A DNA stretch of 64,000 nucleotides from an uncultured delta proteobacterium (GCA_963752595.1 CAVVYZ010000005.1:128001-192000), one strand, 5' to 3'. Shown: positions 31,637 through 47,877, counted from the stretch's first letter. Program-made: numbers and translations. Notes: generated by a model from the letters alone, not told the origin.

Positions 31637-31710
31637 TGGCTGGGACGGGTGGACTCGAACCACCATAACGAGATCCAAAATCTCGTGTCCTGCCATTAGA
31701 CGACATCCCA
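31637..31710 (-). tRNA. tRNA-Gln (TTG)
   Basis: TGGGATG acceptor stem, anticodon arm CGAGA-TT-TTG-GA-TCTCG, GTTCGAGT T-loop, encoded CCA end. Confidence 0.97.
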
Positions 31711-31760
31711 ACATATGAGACCACTACCTCATGGTGCTTCGGGAATATCCTATAGTAAAA

Positions 31761-32027
31761 TTACATCTCGCTGGCAATCTTTTGTTGATAGGAATCCAGA
31801 ATGGATTTCTCTATCTTGTCTCGTGTCTCCATGTTCAATGGATGAGCCGTGTCTCTGAAAGTACCGTCCTTCCGTTTACGGGAAGGCATAGCTACAAACA
31901 ATCCCGTTGTCCCATGAATGACCCGTAAATCCCGGATAACGAAGCAATCATCGAATACTACCGAAGCATACGCCTTCAATTTGTCGTTATCCTTGACCGG
32001 ATACACCTTTACCTCTGTAATTTCCAT
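31761..32027 (-). CDS. spoVG: SpoVG family protein
   Basis: MEITEV, LKAYASV.FDD.FV, GLFVAMPS, FRD.AHP. Confidence 0.95.
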   Translation of the reverse strand: MEITEVKVYPVKDNDKLKAYASVVFDDCFVIRDLRVIHGTTGLFVAMPSRKRKDGTFRDTAHPLNMETRDKIEKSILDSYQQKIASEM

Positions 32028-32039
32028 AGCTTACCCCCG

Positions 32040-32873
32040 TCAAATTGTTGTGGGTATATATCGATACCCCTCATGACGCCTAATTTGGCTCATACCATTG
32101 CAAACATGTTCTTCATCCTTAAAAACGCCAAAGACTGATGAACCACTACCAGACATTAAAACCCCCAATGCCCCGGCATCAAGCAGCTCCGCCTTGATAC
32201 ACTTGATCTCAGGACAAATGCCGAAAGCAGGGATCTCTAGATCATTTTCCAGCAACTGCTCCGGCGCATTTCCTTTTTCCACAGTTATATCACTCATTGT
32301 AAACGGTTTATGCCCAAGAGTCAATGGGCACTTGAGATGAGAATACACAAGGGCTGTTGAAATCTCAAGAGGCGGTACCACGATGAGATAAAATCTTTTT
32401 TCAAGGGAAACCTTCCCCAAGGGGATTTCCCCTCGGCCTCCCATGAGGAACGGTTCCTTCAGGATGAAGAACGGGCAGTCCGACCCTATTTTTACGGCCA
32501 GCTCCATGAGATCTTTGACAGAAAGACCGGATTGGAAGAGGTCATTCATGGCCATGAGAACAGCCGCGGCATCACTGCTGCCCCCTCCCAGACCAGCCCC
32601 AACGGGTATCCGCTTGTCAATCCGGATGGAAACGCCCCCGTGGATGCCCGTCTCTTTCAGAAACAGCGCGGCGGCTCGAAAGGCAAGGTTTTTTTCATCA
32701 GCGCAGTTGCTTCCCGGTGCCGAGACCTTGATCCCGTTCTCTAAAGGATCCAGAACGATCTCGTCAAAGAGAGAGACCGGCGCCATGATAGTGAGCAGCT
32801 CATGATACCCGTCAGGCCTCTTACCGAGGACTTTGAGGTAGATATTGATCTTTGCAGAGGCCAGTATCTTCAC
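32040..32873 (-). CDS. ispE: 4-diphosphocytidyl-2-C-methyl-D-erythritol kinase
   Basis: AKIN.YL.V.GKRPDGYHEL, KRIPVGAGLGGGSSDAA, MSGSGS. Confidence 0.96.
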   Translation of the reverse strand: MKILASAKINIYLKVLGKRPDGYHELLTIMAPVSLFDEIVLDPLENGIKVSAPGSNCADEKNLAFRAAALFLKETGIHGGVSIRIDKRIPVGAGLGGGSSDAAAVLMAMNDLFQSGLSVKDLMELAVKIGSDCPFFILKEPFLMGGRGEIPLGKVSLEKRFYLIVVPPLEISTALVYSHLKCPLTLGHKPFTMSDITVEKGNAPEQLLENDLEIPAFGICPEIKCIKAELLDAGALGVLMSGSGSSVFGVFKDEEHVCNGMSQIRRHEGYRYIPTTI

Positions 32874-34367
32874 TTCATATCAACGGCAATGTATAACGGC
32901 CGGGAACTCCGTATCACGAGCATGAGCACCGTCTGACCTTTTTTCAGTCCTTGCATGGCGGCAAGATATTCCTTGGTGTTCATCACCTTGACTCCCCGTA
33001 CCTCTGTAATGACGTCCATTTTCTGGATCTTGCTTCCTGCTGCAATCCCGTTGGGGTCGATATCGACCACGATGACCCCGGAGTCTTCTTGGAGATTCAG
33101 CTGCCTCTGGATTTCCGGTGTGATATTCTGGAGCATCAAACCGAGCCTGTCCTTGGTCTTGCCCGTGGAATCCTCCGGGGGAGTCTTCCTCATGCTCGAT
33201 ATATGCTCGTCGCTGCGCTTTCTCGAGCCTGGTGTTAATGGTGACCTTCCCGGAATCCCTCCAGATTGTCATGCTGACCTTTTCTTCGGGCTTCAGGCTG
33301 CCGATCGTACGCGTCAGCGCCCGAGGATCCTGGATATCCTGATTATTGATCCTGAGAATGACATCACCTTTTTTCAGGCCTGCCCTGTCTGCCGGATCAC
33401 CGGGATAAACGTCGGTAATCAATGCCCCTCCGGATTTATCCAGCCCTAAGGCCCTGGCAATTTCCGGTGTGACCTCCTGGATCGCCACGCCCAGCCAGCC
33501 TCGTGAAACCTCACCCTTATCCTTCAATTCCTGAAGGATCTGCTTGGCCATGTTGATGGGAATGGCAAAGCCCATGCCCTGCCCCGATGAGATGATGGCG
33601 GTATTTATCCCGATTACCTCTCCGTCCATATTGATGAGCGGCCCGCCTGAATTGCCGGGATTGATTGCTGCATCCGTCTGGATAAAGCTGTCATAGGGCC
33701 CTGCACCGATTACCCGCGTCTTGGCAGAGACGATCCCCTGCGTGAGGGTATTTCCGAATCCGAACGGGTTGCCTATGGCGATAACCCAATCCCCTATCTC
33801 CAGGGAGTCGGAATCCCCCAGGACGGCAACAGGGAAGTCATCCCTCCTTGTCTCGATCTTTATGAGGGCAAGATCGGTATTATCGTCCTTTCCTACGACC
33901 TTGGCCTTGTACTCCTCATCTCCATCGGAAAGGGATACATAGACCTCATCCGCTTCCGCAATGACGTGGTTGTTCGTGAGGACATACCCGTCACGGGAAA
34001 TGATAAACCCTGACCCGAGGCTCCTTTGCTTGATATCCTGGTCAGGATTCTGTTCGAAAAACTTCCGGAAGAAATCATCGAACCATTCATTCTGCCCGCC
34101 GGGAGTTTCAAACTTTTTGTACAGATCATCGGAATTGAACTTCCTGGTAGTCCGGATATTGACCACTGTCGGGGTTGCCGTTTTTGCCAGAGTGCGCAAG
34201 GACGGCATGAGCACATGGGAGCTGCTCTCCTGTTTTCCCTCCCGCCAGAAGGGAAGCGCCTTGCCTTCCTGGGGAAGATTGAAGGATGTCGCAACGAACA
34301 TCCCTATGAGGGACGAGCATACGGCTACCAGAACCAAGATGCCTATCGACGGTATGCGTTTCTCCAT
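32870..34367 (-). CDS. DegP/DegQ (Do) serine protease with two PDZ domains (frameshift near 33220)
   Basis: GSGFII, TNNHV, DLAL, IQTDAAINPGNSGGPL; second PDZ domain in ORF 32870..33193. Confidence 0.93.
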
Positions 34368-34370
34368 AAT

Positions 34371-34754
34371 TCATCCCTTCTGTGCTTCGATATAGGCTAT
34401 GCGCAATTCATAGAGGATATTATCCAAAAGGGTTTCTTCTTCCCTGCTCAGGTTTCCCTTGGTCTTTTCCTTGAGCAAAGAGATGATGCCGATATTCTGC
34501 AACCCGACGGCCTGGTTCCTGACAATCTGGCCGGTAGCCGGATCAGGCACATGGCCCAGGCTTATCATCGCGGCGCTTGCAAAGCTCATGATGAGGGTTG
34601 AAAAATCGATTTCATGCATCTCTTCTCCGGGAAATGACTGACGGTCTTCCTTCAGGCCCGGTTGGTGATTCTCTTCCGTTCCCGCAGCAGGCTTGGCATC
34701 GTCCGTCCTGCCCCGTTTATCGGTAAAGGTATACCGTTTTTTCTCATCTTCCAT
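34371..34754 (-). CDS. DUF1844 domain protein
   Basis: DFSTLIMS, SLG..PDP.TG, LKEKTKGNL, LYELR. Confidence 0.85.
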   Translation of the reverse strand: MEDEKKRYTFTDKRGRTDDAKPAAGTEENHQPGLKEDRQSFPGEEMHEIDFSTLIMSFASAAMISLGHVPDPATGQIVRNQAVGLQNIGIISLLKEKTKGNLSREEETLLDNILYELRIAYIEAQKG

Positions 34755-34831
34755 ATCGCCTCCTAAACCCTCATATCTTTATGCTTCTTCCACCCGGGAG
34801 AACCTAAGGGACCGCATTCCGGTACCATGCT

Positions 34832-36052
34832 CTACCTGATGCCGTGGAGAGGGAATATCTTTTCTTTGATATAGGCAACCTTTCCATTCAGATACGATTG
34901 GACATCACGCCGTATCTTTTCTGCGAGATGGTACGTGGGGTCACGGAGCTCTTCGGAGCCCTGGCCTTGAGGCAGCATAACGCCGCTGACGAGACCCTGG
35001 TAAGGGTCGTACGGCTTGAGATCGTTGAGCACCGCCCAGGCCAGCGTCCATCCCCTGACCACATCGGGTACGCTGTACCCTCCTCCCCCAAGCGCCAGCA
35101 CCTTAGGGCAGCTCTTTCTTATTTCCTCGATCACCTCGACATACCCGTTATTGGTCAGCCGCAAGTTGGTCAGCGGATCCCGTTTGAGGGTATCGAGGCC
35201 GATTTGCGCAACAATGCAGTCGGGCCTGAATGCCTGTGCAAGAGGGGTATATATGGACTTGAAGACCTGTACATAGGATTCATCATCGGTATACTCCGGC
35301 AGAGGCACGTTTACGTTATAGCCGAGCCCTTTGCCTGCCCCTGTCTCGTCCTCGAATCCTCCCCAGGGATACAAGGTCTCACCGTTCTGGTGAAAAGAAA
35401 TGGTCAGAACCTCATCGGTATCGTAGAATGCATCCTGCACGCCATTGCCGTGATGGGCATCGATATCGATATAGAGGATCTTCTTGCAGCTTGACTTGAG
35501 GAGCCTCTTGATGGCGATTACGATATCATTGATATAACAGAAACCCTCGGCATGATCATACCCAGCATGGTGGAGCCCTCCCATCGGACTGAAAACCACA
35601 TCGGCCTTCCCTGAAGAAATGAGCTCTGCACCGAGCAGGGATGCCCCCAAGACCAGCAGGGAGAAGTCATACACGCCCTTGAAAACCGGGTTGTCTCCTG
35701 TCCCGAGCCCGTATTCGAGCATGGTGAAATCAAAAGAACCCGAATTCGAATCTTTCAGAACCTCCATATATTCCTTCGAGTGATATTCAAGCGCTGCCTC
35801 CTCAGGGGCGGGCGCAGGCTCTTCAATGCTGATCCAGGGTTCGTCGAAAAGGCCGTACCGGTAGCACAGCTCATAAACCATGGTGGCCTTGTAAGGTTTG
35901 AAGGGATGGTACTCTCCAAGGCTGTACGTATCGAATTTCGAGGTATAAATGAATGCAGAATTCACTCTCTTAAGCTCCTTAACCGCCCCTCCTCCCTTCA
36001 CGGCATAAAAGGGATGCTCTCCATTTGCCTTTCCCAAGAGGGAAAGCATCAT
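34832..36052 (-). CDS. acuC: Histone deacetylase / AcuC family protein deacylase
   Basis: HPFKP, GGLHHA, GFCYIND, YIDIDAHHGNG, DPL, GGGGY. The true start is probably somewhat downstream. Confidence 0.9.
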   Translation of the reverse strand: MMLSLLGKANGEHPFYAVKGGGAVKELKRVNSAFIYTSKFDTYSLGEYHPFKPYKATMVYELCYRYGLFDEPWISIEEPAPAPEEAALEYHSKEYMEVLKDSNSGSFDFTMLEYGLGTGDNPVFKGVYDFSLLVLGASLLGAELISSGKADVVFSPMGGLHHAGYDHAEGFCYINDIVIAIKRLLKSSCKKILYIDIDAHHGNGVQDAFYDTDEVLTISFHQNGETLYPWGGFEDETGAGKGLGYNVNVPLPEYTDDESYVQVFKSIYTPLAQAFRPDCIVAQIGLDTLKRDPLTNLRLTNNGYVEVIEEIRKSCPKVLALGGGGYSVPDVVRGWTLAWAVLNDLKPYDPYQGLVSGVMLPQGQGSEELRDPTYHLAEKIRRDVQSYLNGKVAYIKEKIFPLHGIR

Positions 36053-36290
36053 GGTATATTATATATATTTTCTGCTTTGCTTTTTAAGCACACCCTTCAA
36101 TATCATAGAATCGCATAACTGCAAACAACTCCCTTCCCCCGGCACGCGAAGGCATGCCTGGTTCATGGTCATGTCCATACTGGTTTATCAGGGTCTTTCA
36201 TCTTAGATATCATTTGTAGACGGGATAAAGGGTGTATGATACACTTTATAAAAGGAGAGCAGATGGAAGACCGGCGAAAGGAGTCTCTCA

Positions 36291-36530
36291 ATGGCTGATG
36301 AATTTGATTTCCTTCAGGGGTTCATCGCCCGGGAGAATGGACAGGTTAAAGTCATGCGGACTATCCGCGACCTCGAGGATGTCCTTGAATGGCTTACGAA
36401 AATTCAGGATACGTTCAGGAATGAGAAAGGCTCCCAAAGAGACAGGGCCAAAGACGAACTCGACCACCTGATCCGCATCCTGATCTCCATGGCCTCGGCT
36501 GTCTATGCAAGAGAGCTGAAAAACATCTAA
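36291..36530 (+). CDS. Hypothetical protein (79 aa)
   Basis: AAGGAG RBS; helical-looking sequence; co-oriented with ridA. Confidence 0.65.
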   Translation: MADEFDFLQGFIARENGQVKVMRTIRDLEDVLEWLTKIQDTFRNEKGSQRDRAKDELDHLIRILISMASAVYARELKNI

Positions 36531-36562
36531 GCGGATTCGGCAGGAAAAGAGAGAGCACAAAA

Positions 36563-36958
36563 ATGACCGGCAAGGCTATTTCAGAAGTATCTACCTCCAA
36601 GGCCCCTCGCGCCATCGGGCCTTACTCCCAGGCAGTCGTTGCAGGCGGATTTGTTTTCGTCTCCGGGCAGATCCCCCTCGATCCGGAAACTGCCGTCGTT
36701 GTTTCCGGAGGAATTCAGAAGCAGACAAGACAGGTCATGAAAAATATCGAGGCTATTCTCAAGAGCATGAATACAGGACTCGAGAGCATCGTCAAGACAG
36801 AGATCTACCTGAAGAGCATGGATGATTTTGCCTCCATGAACGAAGTCTATGCATCCTTCTTCACCGAAGGGGTCAAGCCTGCGCGCGCTACGGTTGAAGT
36901 TTCCAGGCTCCCCAGGGATGTCCTGGTGGAGATATCCTGTACCGCGTATCTGAAATAG
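36563..36958 (+). CDS. ridA: RidA (YjgF/YER057c/UK114) reactive intermediate deaminase
   Basis: [25 protein letters not shown]...LVEI. Confidence 0.94.
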   Translation: MTGKAISEVSTSKAPRAIGPYSQAVVAGGFVFVSGQIPLDPETAVVVSGGIQKQTRQVMKNIEAILKSMNTGLESIVKTEIYLKSMDDFASMNEVYASFFTEGVKPARATVEVSRLPRDVLVEISCTAYLK

Positions 36959-37018
36959 GGGCGCACCGATGGGGTCCACACCCTCTCAAAGGCCATTAAT
37001 TCCGATGCCTTAGACACT

Positions 37019-38383
37019 TTACCGGTAAAATTTCTTTTCTCCTTCCACGACATCGATAATCTCGTTGATGATCCCGGGGAGCTTCCGCATCACCCGTTCC
37101 CAGGAAACGGTCTTGGGGGTCTCGTAGATCTCGGTTCTCAAGCCCGGCGATGTCTTTTCGATCACGGAGAGCAGGCCTGCATCGATATAGGTTTTAAACT
37201 CTTCATATTCGTTTACGTAGGTGCTGAACCTGCGGGCCATGAAGGCAGGCGAAAGCAGAAGATCTCCGGCAAAGAGGATCACGTTTTTAAAGACATTATC
37301 CACCATTGCCTCCTCCTGGTTCGTATCGTACGAGAGACCGCAGTAGGCTGCATTGTCTGCATACATCTTGATAAGATCATCGGTTACGCTTAAGTAGGTC
37401 GTGGTGAGATCCCTGATGAAGTGTTCAGATATTTCGAGTCCCTCTTCCACCACGAGCGCTGCAAGCAAGGTACTTACGATATCGATACCCATCTTGTAGA
37501 GCCCCTTGGTGTGATCAGCCTCGGAAACCGTTTGGTGCTTATGGTCGAATGGTCCATGAGAAATCTCAACCTGTGCACAGGTCGTGGACTTGCGATAGAC
37601 CTCTATCAGGGTGAATATTTCCACTCCCCAATTTGTGGCGAACTGCATACGCTTGAGGAGCTGGCTGTCAAAGACCACTTCTCCCGAAAGCTGATAATTG
37701 AAGTTCAGGAGAAAATCGACCAGCCTTAAGACCCTGTCCTGCTGGGTATCGGTAAACTTCCGTTTCAGCGCGATCAGGAGGGGATCGAGCAGGAGCCTTT
37801 TGACCCTCCCGTAGAACTGCGTTTCCCTTATTCTTGCATAAAAGGCCTTACTGAACTGATACCCCAACACCTGGACCGGATAGAACAGCCTGTCAAGCTG
37901 GCTTCGCGTAAAGGTCCTGATATCCGCATCGATGGTCCCGATGCTCTGGGCTCCCATGGCAAGGGCAATGCCGAAGGACATGAACATATTCCTGCCTTTG
38001 CCGGGTTGGTCCAGCCGGAATCCTGCCTCAGACAATTTTTGGTAGATAGATGAAAACCCCGGCCCATCGTTATGCTGTACCAGGTAATTCTGAACGTTGT
38101 TATTGTTGAGAATAGCGGCAAGCTCTCTTGCATCATCCTCAGTCGCCCGGTCCAGGCCGAAAATTATCTGCGAAAGATAGTTCGCACCGGCCAGCTGTTT
38201 CGCGATATTTTCAAATACCGGCTTGTTCTCGGGAAGGGTAAACTCGGAGGCCAAAAGCGGGATGATGAGGATTGCCTTTCTCCACTTGGAGTAGTGAAGC
38301 AGTTCCAGTTCCATCTTGCTGCTGTCTTCATTGAGCAGGTACAGGGTAGAAGTACCCGTATGTTTTTGGGAAAAATTCGACAT
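37019..38383 (-). CDS. Glucosyl-3-phosphoglycerate synthase-like glycosyltransferase
   Basis: IPLLASE, GLDRA, NDGP, PGKGRN, DADI (DxD), FSKAFYAR, GRVKRL, Y.LSGE, WGVE, DHKHQ. Confidence 0.8.
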   Translation of the reverse strand: MSNFSQKHTGTSTLYLLNEDSSKMELELLHYSKWRKAILIIPLLASEFTLPENKPVFENIAKQLAGANYLSQIIFGLDRATEDDARELAAILNNNNVQNYLVQHNDGPGFSSIYQKLSEAGFRLDQPGKGRNMFMSFGIALAMGAQSIGTIDADIRTFTRSQLDRLFYPVQVLGYQFSKAFYARIRETQFYGRVKRLLLDPLLIALKRKFTDTQQDRVLRLVDFLLNFNYQLSGEVVFDSQLLKRMQFATNWGVEIFTLIEVYRKSTTCAQVEISHGPFDHKHQTVSEADHTKGLYKMGIDIVSTLLAALVVEEGLEISEHFIRDLTTTYLSVTDDLIKMYADNAAYCGLSYDTNQEEAMVDNVFKNVILFAGDLLLSPAFMARRFSTYVNEYEEFKTYIDAGLLSVIEKTSPGLRTEIYETPKTVSWERVMRKLPGIINEIIDVVEGEKKFYR

Positions 38384-38509
38384 GCCGACCCTCCCTGTCT
38401 ACACGAAAGTCTCTCACGCCCTTGGAAATACCACAGAAAGGATAGGAGCTGACGTTCATGTCCAGCCCGCCTGCTTCGACTGAAGGCAGGGCCGGTAAGG
38501 TAATCTTTG

Positions 38510-38998
38510 TTACCTTTCTCTACTCCAAAACTTCTGCACTGCAGCATCCAGAGAAAAACGGCTGCATTGAGAAAGGGAAAAGACCGTGCATGCCATGCCG
38601 AAGAGCACGATATCCCTGAGAACGTACCGCCAGGTTATGGGATTCCGGCCGGCAGCAGAGCTGAAGCAACCGCAATCGATATCCAGCCCCCGTATCATGC
38701 TGATCCCCAGAGCGCATACGAACACGAACAGAAGGCTCGAGATGATGAGCGCACCCCCGGGAAGGAACATTCCGATCAGCAGGCTCGTTCCGGCCACAAT
38801 CTCTATCCAGGGAAGGATGACGGCAATGGAATTAATCATCCAGCCGGGCAGAATGAGGTAGTTGCCGATGGCCTGTGCAAATCCGGCCGGGTCAATGGCC
38901 TTCTCCACCCCTGCATAGACGAACAGAACGCCCAGGATGATCCTGAAGCCCAAGGTAAGGATCTGCAGAGTATTATCCATGCGGGCACCTGCCATCAC
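38510..38998 (-). CDS. MauE/DoxX family membrane protein
   Basis: RIILG.LF.YAG..K..DP..F, LPWIE, RGLDIDCGCF. Confidence 0.88.
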   Translation of the reverse strand: MMAGARMDNTLQILTLGFRIILGVLFVYAGVEKAIDPAGFAQAIGNYLILPGWMINSIAVILPWIEIVAGTSLLIGMFLPGGALIISSLLFVFVCALGISMIRGLDIDCGCFSSAAGRNPITWRYVLRDIVLFGMACTVFSLSQCSRFSLDAAVQKFWSRER

Positions 38999-39502
38999 TT
39001 CTCTCCTTCAATGGGAAATCCGGCCTCGTACCACCCTGCCCACCCGTCAGGAAGAACCTTGACATTCTTTATTCCATGCCCCGCCAGGGCATCTGCAAGC
39101 TCATTGCTTAAGGGGCAGCCCGGGCCGGAGCAGTAGATCACGAGATCCTTGCCGGAAAAATCCCTGGACATAAACCTGCCCCAGGTTTTTTCCCGCTGTA
39201 CCCGCCGGTATGTTGCATGCACCGGGAAGGTGCGCCGACAGATACTCGGAAGGCTCCCTCGCATCGATGAACCGGACCGATCCATTCCGGTATCCCGCCC
39301 ATGCGTCATCGAGAGAAATCGTCCCGATCTCTTCGGCGGCACTCCCAGATGGCCCGGGACCGACCCATGCAAGCCCGTCGGGACGATATGTATTTATAAT
39401 AACCGCTCCTGCCAGACCTACCAGTAGGAGGACGATCGCCTGCAGAAAAGCTGTGCTAAGCTTTGCAGGTAGTATATGATTTTTTCTTGCAGGGCTATTC
39501 AT
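38995..39502 (-). CDS. Membrane-anchored rhodanese-like domain protein (frameshifted)
   Basis: FIDAREPSEY..HLPGA.NI in one frame; IYCSGPGCPLS...GWAGW..AGFP in another. Confidence 0.82.
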
Positions 39503-39646
39503 TCCCTCATGTCCCCGGCACCCTTATGCACCATGTTTTTTAAGTGAACATAATCCTGTCATGGGGAGAATACTCGATTTCCATCCCATTTCTCAAGAGG
39601 CAGATACGAACAAAGGCTCCGGAAGGGGTACGCAAGGGAAGAAATA

Positions 39647-40415
39647 TTACGCGAGAATGCCGAAGTACCAGTTTATGACCAGGTCTCCCCAGAGCACATA
39701 GATGAGCGCACCCAGTGCAAGGAACGGCCCGAACGGTATGGCGGCCTGCATATTCTTCTTCTGGGCATAGGCCCAGGGGACGCCCACCAGGGTGCCGATC
39801 AGAGAGCCCATGAAGATAGTGAACAGTACTCCCTGCCACCCGGTAACTACCCCGATCATGCCGAGCAGCTTCACGTCACCGCCGCCCATGCCCTGCTTGC
39901 CCGTGAGAAAATAATACCCGTAGATTATGGAGATCAGCAGCCCTGCACCCACGCAAAGCCCGATCAGTGCATCCTTGTATCTAATGGGCAGCCACCAGAC
40001 AAGCACGAGCCCGACGACAATTCCGCCGATGGACAGGCTGTCCGGGATGATCTGGAAGTCGATATCGATGAAGGTGATGACGAGGAGGGCACAGGCCCAG
40101 AGATAGTAGATGATGAAAACTTCGGCGTGAGGCCGAACCGATAGAGCATGGCGACTGCAAGAAGAGCGCTCAGGAGCTCGACAACAGGATATCTCACAGA
40201 GATCTTCTCACGGCAGCCCCTGCACCTTCCCATCAGGAAGAGATAGCTCAAAACAGGGATGTTCTCCCACGGCTTGATTGCACGGCCGCAGCGGGACATC
40301 TGGAAGCTGGAAATACGATGGACTCGTTGCGGGGGATCCTGTAGATGCAGACATTCAGGAAGCTCCCGATGAAAAGGCCTATGAAAGCGGTGATGAACGG
40401 TGCATGAGGGATCAC
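39647..40415 (-). CDS. pilD: Prepilin peptidase/N-methyltransferase (A24), multiple indels
   Basis: GSFLNVCIYRIP, SRCP.C, ENIPVLSYL...GRCRGC, MGGGDVKL, IPFGPFLA. Confidence 0.92.
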
Positions 40416-40850
40416 CCGATGAGATCCCCTCTCCGGAAACGTAAGACTTCGCCGTACATCGCTGATGCAACCTCGTTCCATGTACCCCTTTCAGAGGATC
40501 GTCATCGGAAAGGAATGACTTCGCATTGAGAAGAGAAGTGCGCATGGCCTCACTGAGTTCATCCACCATGGGTGCAATGTCTTTGAGGGAAAGCTTCGGA
40601 TCGCTCAAGCTTTTCGAGTATGCATCCAGCATGTCGATGGCCTGCTCGCTCAAACTCAGGGCTTCAATCTTCTGGGGATTGGGGCTGATCTGATGGGCAG
40701 CGTCCTCGCGCTCGATCCCTCTTGAGCTGCGTATTCTCGATGCCCTTCAGGACTGTCATCAAACCGTTTCCGCTAATACCGTTCGTCGGCCTGACGCCGG
40801 ATGTCCTGCCCGTCACGGAACCGATTGACCATATTCGGATCAATCTTCAT
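40412..40850 (-). CDS. Hypothetical helical protein (frameshifted), translationally coupled to pilD
   Basis: AGGAGG RBS then MKIDPNMV...; later frame EQAIDMLDAYSKSLSDPKLSLKDIAP; ends RRGDLIG* with TGA overlapping the pilD GTG. Confidence 0.65.
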
Positions 40851-40876
40851 GATAGTCTCCTCCTGCTCTGAAATCA

Positions 40877-40892
40877 AGCAAGGATGATGCCA
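40877..40892 (-). promoter_or_regulatory. sigma54 (-24/-12) promoter
   Basis: TGGCATCATCCTTGCT, with exact GG-N10-GC spacing, 27 nt upstream of the ATG at 40850. Confidence 0.7.
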
Positions 40893-41033
40893 CTTCTGCC
40901 CAGGCTCATCGGCATCGGTTGCAATCCCATGAAGGGGAAATTTCTTCCCGGCCATGGAGGAAAAATACTCCTGCATGGACCTTCCGGCTCGATCCTCGGC
41001 AAATGGCTATCCACTGCACCGGTCTGCAGAAGG

Positions 41034-41968
41034 CTACTTCGGGAAATGAGCTTCTCGATAATCGCCGCGCGGGCCTTCAAGAGACTCGTCGGTATCAAGC
41101 TCCATGAGCTCCCTGACATATTGCCTGAGGACCTTGCGCAGCCTCTTTGACTACTGCTTTAGAGTCGTTATGGGCGCCTCCCGTGGGTTCTTTGACGAGA
41201 TAGTCCACGATCCCGTCGCCGATAGAGATCCTTGCCCGTCCCTTTGAGTGTATCGGCGGCCCGTTCCTTGTTGGAGGCGTCGCCATAGATGATTGAGGAG
41301 AAGCCTTCCGGGCTGATGGCACTATAAAAGGCGTTCTCGAGCATGATGATTCGGTCTCCGAAGCCGAGTGCCAGAGCCCCTCCCGAGCCTGCTTCGCCGA
41401 TGATGCACACGATCACCGGTGTCTTGAGGCCTGCTATGGCCTGGAGATGCACCTGGCAATGGAAAAGGCCTGTCCCTTGTACTCGGCCTCGGGCACGGGA
41501 TATGCCCCCGGGGTGTCCACAAAGGTGATCAGCGGCCTCCCAAATTTCTCCGCCAGTTCATGAGCCGTATCGCCTTGTAATGCCCGGACGGGCTCGCCAT
41601 GCCGTAGTGGTAACTTCCTGTAGTCTTTTTGCTTTACCGAGTGCTTCTTATGTCCGATGACCACGACGGGTATATCATCCAGAAATGCGATCCCGCCCAT
41701 GACGGCCGGGTCATCCTCATACGTCCGGTCGCCGTGGAGCTCAGATGAAATCGCTTGAAGATGCCGTTTAAATAATCGTCAATAACCGGACGTTCTCCAT
41801 GCCGGGCAAGCTCTACGCTGCTCCACCGGGAGATACCCGCATAGATCTCCTCCCGGAAACACTCCACCTTGCGGGCAAGATCCGATGAATCAACGCCCTC
41901 AAGCCGGGAAATGCTCTCCTGCAGCTCCTTCAAGGCATTGTCGACTTCGTCGAACTGATCTTTTTTCT

Positions 41969-41972
<4 letters not shown>
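41034..41972 (-). CDS. accA: Acetyl-CoA carboxylase carboxyltransferase alpha (multiple indels; 3' end approximate)
   Basis: LARH.ERP, AEKFGRP.ITFVDTPGAYP, IGEAGSGGALA, AISPEG, EPTGGAH. Confidence 0.9.
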
Positions 41973-45416
<3,444 letters not shown>

Positions 45417-45422
45417 GGAACC

Positions 45423-46891
<1,469 letters not shown>

Positions 46892-46905
46892 ATCGTGTTT
46901 ACTCC

Positions 46906-47771
46906 TTATTGAATGCTGTATTCAAGCCGCAAGAACCCACGTCTAATATGCGTGGATCCTTTTCCGAAGGATACCGGGGTATAACTCTCCAGGAAGCGCC
47001 TGATTCCTGCCACACACCTTCTTTCGGCTCCCCCTTATGATCCGGGGCTCCCCCTCGATTCCTCCTCTTTTCCTGGCTTCCTCCACGGCTTTATCCAGGC
47101 CTCCGAGCTTGTCGATCAGACCGACCGACAGGGCCTGCCGGCCGGTGAAGACCCGCCCGTCCGCATATTCCTCCAGCTTTGTCCTCTGGATCTTCCTGCT
47201 CTTGGAGACCTCGTCCTTGAACTGTTCATGGACATCCCGGGCGAGCTCCTGGAAATACGTGCGTTCCTTATCCGTCATGTGTCGGAACGGCGAGCCTGCG
47301 GCTTTGAGCTCGCCGCCGGTGATGTTCTGGGAAGACACCCCCAGTTTCTTCATGCCTTCGGTCACATCGAAGAACTCCAGGATCACCCCGATACTGCCGG
47401 TGATCGTCCCTGGAAGGGCATAGATCGTATCGGCAGCGCATGCAATATAGTACGCACCGGACGCGCTCACCGAGCCCATGGAGGCGACGACGGGCTTCTT
47501 GCTTTTCAGCCTCAGGAACGCCTCATAGATCTCCTGTGACGGGCCCACTTTGCCGCCCGGGCTGTCGAGCCGTATGACGACGGCGTGCATGCGGTCGTCT
47601 TCCTCGAACTGTTTTATGATGTCCAGGTATTCCATGGAGTCGTCGATGGGACCCGTGATCTCGATGATGCCTACGGCAGGGGTCATGGCCGTCCCGAAGG
47701 GCTTTGATGCCCATGGGGAGTGCGATAAAAATGATAATAACGAAGAGAATGAACTTTGTCTTCCTTTTCAT
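46906..47771 (-). CDS. sppA: Signal peptide peptidase SppA (36K type; indels)
   Basis: DSPGG, SASGAYYIA, TGSIGVI, DGRVFTG.QA...GLIDKLG. Confidence 0.92.
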
Positions 47772-47877
47772 GTCAGTTGATGATCTCGATTTGTCTCTTA
47801 GTGCCCCAATGATTATACGACACTATGAAGACACGCAAGTACAAAATCACCTGTCTCCTTCCGCCTTAATGGGAAAA

